Origin: a virus | Strand: one strand, 5' to 3' | UHGV virus genome: UHGV-0177136 | DNA: 34,105 nucleotides | Part shown: piece after piece, positions 19,671-26,952 of the stretch | Layout of the letters: every line of letters begins with the position of its first letter | Numbering within the stretch: the stretch's first letter is position 1 | Position numbers and translations under genes: made by a program | Notes under the pieces: generated by a model | The model's database searches: none | The model's input: only the letters and a program-made list of their open reading frames with translations | Told to the model about the DNA's origin: nothing

Positions 19671-19996
19671 TATTGACCTCCGGTATTGCGGTACTGCTGT
19701 ACCACTTCCAGTTTGTTATAAAGCGCGTCCAGTTTGGCCTCAATGACTGTCTGGCCACGGATATAATCCTCTCGACGGACATAATTCAGCGGTAAATCCG
19801 CTTTAAATCGCATAAATTCTTTTTCCAGCTCGCCCCAGTTGGAGGCGGACTGTTGCAGGGCCTGTTCAAGGGAGGCGAATCGTGCCGCCTGGCGTTCTTC
19901 TGTTTTACTGAACAACCATTTGGCGAGCCCTCCCACAAACCCCATGAAGGTGAGCAGAAAACTCACTACCGTCCAGAATTCAACCTGCAGTGTCAT
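19670..19996 (-). CDS. hypothetical membrane protein (Mu gp25-like by position)
   Basis: 108-aa ORF with one N-terminal hydrophobic helix (FWTVVSFLLTFMGFVGGLA) then coiled-coil-like region. Confidence 0.45.
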   Translation of the reverse strand: MTLQVEFWTVVSFLLTFMGFVGGLAKWLFSKTEERQAARFASLEQALQQSASNWGELEKEFMRFKADLPLNYVRREDYIRGQTVIEAKLDALYNKLEVVQQYRNTGGQ

Positions 19997-20643
19997 TTCT
20001 GTAATCCTTCCCGTTCATCCAGTAACGCGTTTATCTGGTTCCGCCAGCGACGACATTGTCCTGCGTTGTCGATGATGTTGGCGAGAACGTCACGCTGGGA
20101 GACACCCGAATCGCGTAACCGGGTGTCAGTGGTTTCAGGTTGCCCGGTCGCTGTGCCAGAGCGGGTGCCAGCGGCGGCAACTGAGTCTGAATGACCGGTG
20201 TCGACGGATGCATTGTCATATCCGAGTGCGGCGTTGTACTGGCGCACGAAACCGCGAGTAAACACGCACTCAATGGGATGGCTCTTACCTTTTTCATCAA
20301 TCCAGCGCTGTGTGACATCGTTAATTTGCCCCTGTAGTTGTTTATTCCGGCTCTCCAGTTGAGCAATCTGCTCAAGATAACCGGCTTCAGCCCGCTGCCC
20401 GGCGGCCACCTGCTCCTGATACCGTCTGGCCCAGGCCCGCAGCGCAGCATTCTCAAGCGTTGCCTGCTCCGTTTTGTACGCGTCAAATGCTGACTGCAAC
20501 TGACTGAGCGCGGTATCACCGTCACGCTTTGCAGAGTCATGACCACTTCTGTATCCCATGGCATACAGGCCGACCAGAAAGGCATTGATAAGAATGGCCA
20601 GCAGAATGCCGCGCCACGGCAGCTTTTTAACCAGATGCCACAC
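19993..20643 (-). CDS. putative i-spanin (Rz-like)
   Basis: N-terminal TM (ILLAILINAFLVGLYAM) followed by coiled-coil region, right after endolysin. Start set to GTG 20643 (GGAGG 9 nt upstream); alternative ATGs at 20733 and 20745. Confidence 0.5.
   Translation of the reverse strand: MWHLVKKLPWRGILLAILINAFLVGLYAMGYRSGHDSAKRDGDTALSQLQSAFDAYKTEQATLENAALRAWARRYQEQVAAGQRAEAGYLEQIAQLESRNKQLQGQINDVTQRWIDEKGKSHPIECVFTRGFVRQYNAALGYDNASVDTGHSDSVAAAGTRSGTATGQPETTDTRLRDSGVSQRDVLANIIDNAGQCRRWRNQINALLDEREGLQK
20031..20297 (-). CDS. putative o-spanin lipoprotein (Rz1-like), embedded in a different frame of the i-spanin gene
   Basis: 88-codon ORF from ATG 20297: MKKVRAIPLSACLLAVSC with lipobox-like AVSC, followed by Pro-rich sequence. 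Confidence 0.45.
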   Translation of the reverse strand: MKKVRAIPLSACLLAVSCASTTPHSDMTMHPSTPVIQTQLPPLAPALAQRPGNLKPLTPGYAIRVSPSVTFSPTSSTTQDNVVAGGTR

Positions 20644-21361
20644 AACTGCTGCCTCCCCATGTGAGATATCGCGGTGCCAGTTCGCGCAGGATGCGCTGCG
20701 GATAATGGCGGTTCTCCCGCCAGCTGGCCGCATTGCGTCCGGCATTCACCGTGGCGACATGTCCGAACCAGCGGGTGCTGTCCAGACCTTTCTGTGATGC
20801 AAGCCGCCTGTCCCGTTGTACCCAGCCCAGACCACCGTTATAGCCCGACAGTGTCATGGCCATACGCTCGCAGTCGTTGGCGGCGCTGACGCGCTGCCAC
20901 AGCCAGCGGTCATAGCTGACCAGCGCCCGGATAGCCCATGCAGGATTAAACGGCTCACGATTGCTCAGCATCGGTATCAACTGGCTTATCCAGTCGGCAG
21001 TGGCAGGCATGAACTGCGCCAGTCCCTGAGCGCCAGCCGGCGAGACCGCATCAGGTCGCCAGCCGCTTTCCTGATGCAGTTGCGCGGCGAAATCGGCCAC
21101 CGGCGCAGACAGTCCCCATTCAAGCCGGGCATTACGGATCACATCATCGCGATACTGCAGCGCAGCCTGCGGAGGCTGCGCTGCGCGGGCCTGACTGAAG
21201 AAGCCGCCACACCAGAGCAGCCAGACAATCACCAGGTTGCCAGCAAGCTGCCACCAGAAGCTGTATTTATCGTTACGTGGTTCTCCGTGTCTGATGGCGG
21301 TTACGCCCAGACCAAAGGCGAACAGAATAATGAGGGTGATTTGAGGCCAGTTCATGGTCAC
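20627..21361 (-). CDS. endolysin, lytic transglycosylase (SLT domain) with N-terminal hydrophobic segment
   Basis: 244 aa; SLT-like motifs (QESGW, AQGLAQFMP); N-terminal TM-like helix suggests a signal-anchor-release type. Confidence 0.75.
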   Translation of the reverse strand: MTMNWPQITLIILFAFGLGVTAIRHGEPRNDKYSFWWQLAGNLVIVWLLWCGGFFSQARAAQPPQAALQYRDDVIRNARLEWGLSAPVADFAAQLHQESGWRPDAVSPAGAQGLAQFMPATADWISQLIPMLSNREPFNPAWAIRALVSYDRWLWQRVSAANDCERMAMTLSGYNGGLGWVQRDRRLASQKGLDSTRWFGHVATVNAGRNAASWRENRHYPQRILRELAPRYLTWGGSSCVASG

Positions 21362-21708
21362 AGTCCTGTTGCCACAGCCAGACAGACCGCTGCAACAATC
21401 AGTGCACGGCGGATTAACGCAGCAGAAAATACAAGGTGAAGGCCGGTCTGCACAGGGAAACGCCCTTCAGCCATCAGTCTGTCGTCATGTTTCAGGTACT
21501 GACCGGGACGGGCTTTGGGGAAGAGCGAACGGTCAAGCCAGTAACCCAGCACTGCTGCCAGCGTGATGAGTGCCAGCTTGTAGATCACAACAGGCAACTG
21601 CTGTGGCGAGACCAGAGCGATGATGCCCAGCAACAGCACTGAGGTCAGCAGCCAGCCGCTGAGGCGAGGTTTTTTAACAGGGGGAATGAATTTTTTCAGG
21701 TTTTTCAT
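21358..21708 (-). CDS. putative holin / lysis membrane protein
   Basis: First gene of the late cluster; likely start ATG 21708 (MKNLKKF..., RBS GAGGAGA) rather than GTG 21741; three hydrophobic helices. Confidence 0.5.
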   Translation of the reverse strand: MKNLKKFIPPVKKPRLSGWLLTSVLLLGIIALVSPQQLPVVIYKLALITLAAVLGYWLDRSLFPKARPGQYLKHDDRLMAEGRFPVQTGLHLVFSAALIRRALIVAAVCLAVATGL

Positions 21709-21727
21709 GTGTGTCTCCTCGTTTGGT

Positions 21728-21766
21728 GGAGACAGCATCACAAATGTGGCGGGATACGGATTTTAA
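21728..21766 (-). promoter_or_regulatory. late-promoter-like motif upstream of holin gene: TTAAAATC-N23-CTGTCTCC (minus-strand sense)
   Basis: Minus-sense sequence TTAAAATCCGTATCCCGCCACATTTGTGATGCTGTCTCC; the two 8-mers and their spacing recur upstream of the gpI-like gene. Confidence 0.45.
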
Positions 21767-21822
21767 ACAGCGTTAATAGTGAAGATGTAAACGTGCACTG
21801 CATGATGGCTTTGAAAGAACGA

Positions 21823-21850
21823 CCAGCCCGGTACCCGAACACCGGGCTGG
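21823..21850 (-). terminator. GC-rich hairpin (10-bp stem, 8-nt loop) followed on the minus strand by a T-rich tract; candidate intrinsic terminator/insulator upstream of the late operon
   Basis: CCAGCCCGGT / ACCGGGCTGG perfect inverted repeat; minus-sense downstream sequence TCGTTCTTTC. Confidence 0.4.
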
Positions 21851-21955
21851 CCATCGCCCCACAGGAATGCGCTGTGAGCCGACCAAGGTTCAGTCAGTCT
21901 CGCGCGACCACACTAGCCTGGCATATTTTTTATAATTGTAAAAGGCTTACAGATT

Positions 21956-22726
21956 ATGAAAATGCAGACATTACCCATCGTTCCATGGATTGGTGGCAAA
22001 CGCCGCCTTGCAAAACACATCCTGCCGCTGTTTCCGGCGCATGAATGTTATGTGGAGCCGTTTTGTGGGGCAGCAGCGCTCTATTTTCTTAAGGTACCCG
22101 GCAAGATCGAAGTCATTAATGATATCAACGGTGAGCTGGTGAACCTGTATCGGGTGGTAAAACATCATCTGGAAGAATTTGTACGCCAGTTCAAATGGGC
22201 GCTGGTCAGCCGGCAGATCTACAAATGGCTGCAGATCACCCCGGAAGAAACACTGACGGATATCCAGCGTGCAGCACGGTTCTACTACCTTCAGAAGCAG
22301 GCGTTTGGGGGCAAGGTGGCGGAGCACAGCTTTGGTACCTCCACCATATCCCCGCCACGCTTCAACCTGCTGCGTATTGAAGAAGAACTGTCAGCGGCAC
22401 ACCTGCGGCTTTCCAGAACGGTCATAGAACACATGGACTGGCAACAGTGCATAGAACGATATGATCGCCCGCATACGTTGTTCTACTGTGACCCTCCATA
22501 CTGGGGAACGGAAGGTTATGGTGTGGAGTTCGGACTAGAAAATTATGATCATATGGCAGATTTAGCACGCAGGATCAAAGGGAAGATGATTATATCGGTG
22601 AACGATATCCCGGAAATGCGGCAGGCATTCAACGGTCTAAATATTCAGTCGGTTGATATCAGCTACAACCTCAAGATCACTGGCAAATCCAGTCGCAAGA
22701 AGGAACTCATTATCCTCAACTTTTGA
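21956..22726 (+). CDS. DNA adenine methyltransferase, Dam/D12 family (no adjacent restriction enzyme gene seen)
   Basis: 256 aa; N-terminal WIGGKRRL SAM-binding-type motif and DPPY catalytic motif; TATAAT at 21931..21936 upstream. Confidence 0.85.
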   Translation: MKMQTLPIVPWIGGKRRLAKHILPLFPAHECYVEPFCGAAALYFLKVPGKIEVINDINGELVNLYRVVKHHLEEFVRQFKWALVSRQIYKWLQITPEETLTDIQRAARFYYLQKQAFGGKVAEHSFGTSTISPPRFNLLRIEEELSAAHLRLSRTVIEHMDWQQCIERYDRPHTLFYCDPPYWGTEGYGVEFGLENYDHMADLARRIKGKMIISVNDIPEMRQAFNGLNIQSVDISYNLKITGKSSRKKELIILNF

Positions 22727-23921
22727 CCGAATAGTAAGACTTCATGCAGTGAATCAAGTACTGCATGAAGTCAAGGGCTGGTTTTGTGTACCAAAAATAA
22801 ACAGTGATAGCGGTAATAATTCCCATAACTAGAACACCACGTATAATCCAGAACGTACGTTTCTGCGTGTCTAGTCGCGCAGAAATACTGCTAAATACAC
22901 CAGCCACGTCATCTTTAATGAAGGAATATTCCTTATTAATCTGTTTTTCTTTGTATTCAATTTCTTCGCCTAAGGCCTTTATAGATTGCATCTGGTTCGA
23001 AAGTGCCAGCCAGATTAACGTTGCAGCAAAAATGCATCCCAGAAGAATTATTGTGTTTGTTATCCCTTGGCCTGACCATTTCGTAGCCACTTTGAATTGG
23101 GTAGCTACGATAACAGAGGCAACAGGAATGCCAAGTATATGGTTCTGGATATCTGAAAACGCTTTGTGGATTTTACCCATTTCTTCGACTTTTGCAGCAC
23201 GCAGTTGATCCATTACTTTGTCATAAGAGAATCCAGAAGAGTAGATACGATACCCTTTCAGAAACTTTTCATGCAGACGCTGAATATTGTCCAGTAAATA
23301 AGCGAATACTAGAGGTGAATCAATTCCATCACTAACTGCTTGAATACTTTCAATCAGAATATCTAGCTTCTGATCCTTATGGGTATCATCATTGAAACAA
23401 GCTATAAGGTTATCAAGATACTCCCTTTGCAAATTTTGTACATTTTCTGCAGCGAAGTGCGGTAATAGCTTGATAACTTCTTTTTTCAGAAAAACTAACT
23501 GACAAGTTGAGTTATCAAAGTAGGCCGCGGCCTCTTTTAGCAGATTAACGAACTCGAGAATCTTCCGGTAGTTGCTGATGAAAACGGGGATATCTTCATC
23601 ATCATTACGAAATTTTGTTTCTAGGATGAAGTAATTAGCTGGCTCAAGGCACTGATGCTTTGGAGCATTTAGCAATTTTTCATGGGTGGAAAACACAAGT
23701 CCCAGTCCACTCCGTGGTGACGTCACACGTAGGATGATCGTGTTACCTGGAGCGATAGTGCCTGTATCAATAGAAAGACCATATTCACGAGGATCATCAA
23801 GCAAAGTATCAACCAGATCACAATCGGACTGATCTAAGAGCAACAGCGAACCGACACGAAACCCCTCTTGGAATTCCATACGACGATACAGAGCTGTCAG
23901 CATCTCAAATGAAATCGCCAC
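22716..23921 (-). CDS. protein of unknown function with two C-terminal transmembrane helices; candidate effector of a two-gene module
   Basis: 401 aa; start GTG 23921 two nt after the upstream stop, with GAGG inside the upstream gene end; TM helices at ITNTIILLGCIFAATLIWLAL and FWIIRGVLVMGIITAITVYFWY; N-terminal ~275 aa unrecognised; visibly AT-richer than flanking phage genes. Confidence 0.6.
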   Translation of the reverse strand: MAISFEMLTALYRRMEFQEGFRVGSLLLLDQSDCDLVDTLLDDPREYGLSIDTGTIAPGNTIILRVTSPRSGLGLVFSTHEKLLNAPKHQCLEPANYFILETKFRNDDEDIPVFISNYRKILEFVNLLKEAAAYFDNSTCQLVFLKKEVIKLLPHFAAENVQNLQREYLDNLIACFNDDTHKDQKLDILIESIQAVSDGIDSPLVFAYLLDNIQRLHEKFLKGYRIYSSGFSYDKVMDQLRAAKVEEMGKIHKAFSDIQNHILGIPVASVIVATQFKVATKWSGQGITNTIILLGCIFAATLIWLALSNQMQSIKALGEEIEYKEKQINKEYSFIKDDVAGVFSSISARLDTQKRTFWIIRGVLVMGIITAITVYFWYTKPALDFMQYLIHCMKSYYSVKS

Positions 23922-23923
23922 GA

Positions 23924-24931
23924 TTAAACCTCAGTCATCCACATTTCCCTAAATTCTTCAGGTACATTACGTAGGGTGATAATATTTGTTTCCGGATCAT
24001 AATCAATATAGCCTTCAGTTTTCCCTTCCCGGTCAAACTTAAGTTCCCAATATTTAGACTTGCCTTTAAAAGATACCAGAGCCCGAATGACTCGACCATC
24101 AGGAACGAAGCCATCCGATAACTCCAACTCTTCAGCAGCAAGTTTACCAGATAACTCCTCGGGAGCCTGGGGCCAAATGGCATTAACAAGGGTTTCAAGA
24201 CTAAGTGGTTCACCAGCCTTACTTAGTGCATGTAAGTGTTCAAACGCACTCTTAAGAAATGCATCTTTTTCAGCGCCGTCAAGTCCTTTCTCTGCCGCAA
24301 ATGCTTTTAAAACGTCACGTAACTTTTCAGACTCTCGTTTGGCGATTAAGACATCATTACAGCCTAGGAACTGTTTAAAATAGTTTGAAACATTACCTTG
24401 CCCCTTAAGAAAACTGATATAGCGCTCTGCGCCACTTTCCCACGCGGTTAAGTCAATGCGCCCAGCCATACGCAGCTTAGCAATATCAAGATAGGTACTA
24501 TCTTGGATGTTAAAATCATCTGTGACAGTGGACCCAATGGTAGCGCTTACAATAGCTATCAACAGGTGTTCATTGTGTCCTATCACGATATTTGCAAAAA
24601 GAACATAACCACCAGTAGCCATGTTTTCTCGCTGAGAACGTTCCGTCAGGTGATGCATCATTCGGCAGGAACTTTGGTAGAAATCATCAACACCTTCGAG
24701 AAAGTCCCCAGCCATTCGTTCCATAGGATAGTTATCCGTATCGCCTTCAAAATAGCCATAACCTTTACCTGTGCGTCCTGCATATTTTGCACAAATATCG
24801 TTTATAAGGCGCTGAGAGGCTTCAGTAACTAGACCTTCTTCAGGACTCAATCTCTCAGAAGCGTCTCCATTTTGTTGTTTGTCTAAAATGTGAACTACAA
24901 CGTGTTTAACTTCAATGGTCTGCTCAGACAT
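23924..24931 (-). CDS. NdpA/YejK-like (NA37 family) nucleoid-associated DNA-binding protein homolog
   Basis: 335 aa, the length I recall for E. coli YejK; segments such as GGYVLFANI, YLDIAKLRMAGRIDLTAWESGAERYISFLKG and the C-terminal YIDYDPETNIITL match my recollection of YejK ([54 protein letters not shown]). RBS AAGGTGG upstream. Confidence 0.6.
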   Translation of the reverse strand: MSEQTIEVKHVVVHILDKQQNGDASERLSPEEGLVTEASQRLINDICAKYAGRTGKGYGYFEGDTDNYPMERMAGDFLEGVDDFYQSSCRMMHHLTERSQRENMATGGYVLFANIVIGHNEHLLIAIVSATIGSTVTDDFNIQDSTYLDIAKLRMAGRIDLTAWESGAERYISFLKGQGNVSNYFKQFLGCNDVLIAKRESEKLRDVLKAFAAEKGLDGAEKDAFLKSAFEHLHALSKAGEPLSLETLVNAIWPQAPEELSGKLAAEELELSDGFVPDGRVIRALVSFKGKSKYWELKFDREGKTEGYIDYDPETNIITLRNVPEEFREMWMTEV

Positions 24932-25001
24932 TGGCTATCCACCTTATTTTTTATTGCTTAATGGCAAATAATTTCTGCTATATGTTCTCGTTAGGAACAC
25001 A

Positions 25002-25409
25002 TTAACCCACATTTTTTAACCGCTCAATCGTTGCGGATAATTCCTTCAGTTGTTTTTCCATCTCAATCACACGCTGTTTTTCTTCAGCGCCTCGCATGAG
25101 ATCTCGCCGAACCTCAGGATCTAACTGGTTTAGAAGTTCAAGCATTTTAAGGTCTGACGGGCTGAATTGATGTTGTGTTGGTACAGCAACAATTTCTTTA
25201 GATGGAATATGTTCTTTACCGGTAAGTAGCCAATCGATCGATACACCCAAATGGGTACTTAGCGCAACAAGAGCCTCTGCGTTTGGTTCTCTCTCTCCAC
25301 GCAAATAGTTTTGAAGTGAGCGATATGGAATTTTTGATAAGTCAGATAATGCCTTTATTGTCATGCCATTAGCATCCATCACTTCACGCAATCTCTCTTT
25401 TGTACTCAT
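25002..25409 (-). CDS. prophage repressor, HTH XRE-type
   Basis: Likely start ATG 25409 (MSTKERLREVMDANGMTIKALSDLSKIPYRSLQNYLRGEREPN...; track start 25505 is a TTG inside the operator region); divergent from the ner-like gene. Confidence 0.7.
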   Translation of the reverse strand: MSTKERLREVMDANGMTIKALSDLSKIPYRSLQNYLRGEREPNAEALVALSTHLGVSIDWLLTGKEHIPSKEIVAVPTQHQFSPSDLKMLELLNQLDPEVRRDLMRGAEEKQRVIEMEKQLKELSATIERLKNVG

Positions 25410-25425
25410 TTGAACATATCTCAAT

Positions 25426-25453
25426 TTGACACACTCATTTGGGTGTGTACAAT
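25426..25453 (+). promoter_or_regulatory. sigma70-like early promoter (TTGACA-16 nt-TACAAT) with an ACACAC/GTGTGT inverted repeat in the spacer
   Basis: TTGACA at 25426..25431 and TACAAT at 25448..25453; inverted repeat 25429..25434 / 25443..25448; about 45 nt upstream of the ner-like ATG. Confidence 0.5.
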
Positions 25454-25491
25454 AGACCCAATAGAGTACATCATAACCTAACAAGAACACG

Positions 25492-25722
25492 GTGCATATG
25501 AACAAACAACAAGTTCGGGCACGGCTGGTTGAACGAGGCAGTAGCTTGCGCCAGTTCGCGCTTAACGCGGGCTATGAACCACGAACAGTCACCCAGGCAG
25601 TCAGTCGCTGGGCTGGTAAAAGTGAACTACCTCGCGGTCGTTTGACTTATCGGATTTTGCGAGATCTATCGGTTGCAATAGGTAAAGAAGTTACCCCCGG
25701 TATCCTTAAGGAGGCGTCATGA
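25492..25722 (+). CDS. ner: Ner-like DNA-binding regulator
   Basis: Track start is GTG 25492; probable ATG at 25498 (MNKQQVRARLVERGSSLRQFALNAGY...); small HTH protein divergent from the repressor and first gene of the early operon, as in Mu. Confidence 0.6.
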   Translation: MHMNKQQVRARLVERGSSLRQFALNAGYEPRTVTQAVSRWAGKSELPRGRLTYRILRDLSVAIGKEVTPGILKEAS

Positions 25723-26027
25723 ATAAACCAAATACATCAAGCTCAGGTACCCGTATTTTGCGCGTTCTTAAGGCCTTACGTGGCCACGCTTTGAACGGTG
25801 TTTCTAACGGGGAACTAGCGGTTGCACTGCACGAATCACCGGCAAACATCAACCGGGCACTTAACACGCTCATTGAAGAAGGGTTGGCTCTGAAACTAGA
25901 AAACGGGCGTTTCGCACCAGGCATCCAGTTGCTGCAGATCGCCATGGCCCACAGTAACGAGATGGCACGTGCACAGGATCGCATTAACGAAATCAACCAA
26001 CGTGTTATTTCAGGTAGTCGTTTGTAA
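25719..26027 (+). CDS. winged-helix DNA-binding protein (IclR-like HTH)
   Basis: 102 aa; TRILRVLKALRG...SNGELAVALHESPANINRALNTLIEEGL; ATGA overlap with the upstream stop. Confidence 0.5.
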   Translation: MNKPNTSSSGTRILRVLKALRGHALNGVSNGELAVALHESPANINRALNTLIEEGLALKLENGRFAPGIQLLQIAMAHSNEMARAQDRINEINQRVISGSRL

Positions 26028-26037
26028 GGAGTAATCA

Positions 26038-26949
26038 ATGGGACGCACCAAATCACCGGTTAGCACTGAACTGAACGTCGAGGTACCGCTGTCGGATGAT
26101 CTCAATGTCAGTCTAAACGCCATGACACAGCATCGCATGGAAATCATGCAACAGTTCGGCGATGGTCTGCCCTATGAGCGCGATCGTGTTGTCCATGAGG
26201 CATGCTTTTATATGGCACAGAGCGCTGAGGCCATGCTGGAGGCAGGTAAGCGGCTGATAATCCTTAAGGAAAATGAACCACACGGGGAGTTTATAAAGAT
26301 TCTTGAAAGTGAGTTGGGGCTGGCATACCGGACATCTGTGAGAATGATGCAAGCATCGACAAAATACTTATCCCCGGCGCTGAAACCAAATGTGCCAACG
26401 TTGGCACATTTGGGAAAAGCCAAACTTTTCGAATTAATGACAGAAGACGACGAAGAGCTTGCCGAACTGGCCGACGGCGGCACAGTTGCCGGCCTGACGC
26501 TTGACGACGTTGATCGCATGTCAGTACGCGAACTTCGCCAGGCCCTGCGCGAAGCGCGCGAAACCAACGCAGCACAACAGCGCGTACTCGCCGATAAAAA
26601 TGAAAAAATTGATTCTCTCTCTACCAGACTGGAAAAGAAATCCCGTATTCAGCCGCCTGAGCCTGATGAGGAGGTTAAGAAGCTGCGGGCGGAAGTGACA
26701 GCATTAGCGGTTGAGGCGGAATCTGCTATCGCCGTTCGACTGTCCAGCGCTTTTGAGACACTGTGCGCATATTGTGCTGAAAACATGATTGATACCCCCA
26801 GAGACTTCATGGCAGGCCTGGTCTGTCAACTGGAAAGCACAGCGCGTAGCCTGCGCTCCACATTTGACCTGCCGGACGAGCCAACAGGCAATGCAGCGCC
26901 TTCATGGCTGACTGAGCCGACGCCACAGATTAACGGGCTGGAGGCATAA
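26038..26949 (+). CDS. hypothetical early protein
   Basis: 303-aa ORF with RBS AAGGAG; acidic and coiled-coil segments; directly upstream of the transposase. Confidence 0.5.
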   Translation: MGRTKSPVSTELNVEVPLSDDLNVSLNAMTQHRMEIMQQFGDGLPYERDRVVHEACFYMAQSAEAMLEAGKRLIILKENEPHGEFIKILESELGLAYRTSVRMMQASTKYLSPALKPNVPTLAHLGKAKLFELMTEDDEELAELADGGTVAGLTLDDVDRMSVRELRQALREARETNAAQQRVLADKNEKIDSLSTRLEKKSRIQPPEPDEEVKKLRAEVTALAVEAESAIAVRLSSAFETLCAYCAENMIDTPRDFMAGLVCQLESTARSLRSTFDLPDEPTGNAAPSWLTEPTPQINGLEA

Positions 26950-26952
26950 CCA

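Noticed and set aside
21709-22044. Plus-strand 111-aa ORF spanning the late/methyltransferase intergenic region
   Set aside because: It covers the divergent intergenic region that contains the GC hairpin, the late-promoter-like motif and the methyltransferase promoter, and overlaps the methyltransferase start; no coding features.
22716-24931. Assigning the two-gene module to a named defence system (Kiwa, Rex or similar)
   Set aside because: Gene order, sizes and TM number do not match Kiwa (membrane component first, four TMs) or RexA/RexB, and I cannot confirm any family membership without searches; kept as an unassigned candidate.
24932-25001. Separate sigma70 promoter for the two-gene module in the 70-bp gap after the repressor gene
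   Set aside because: Only weak hexamer candidates (TTGCCA, AT-rich stretch) and a short GTTC...GAAC inverted repeat; not convincing. Co-transcription with the repressor is equally plausible, so no promoter feature is called.
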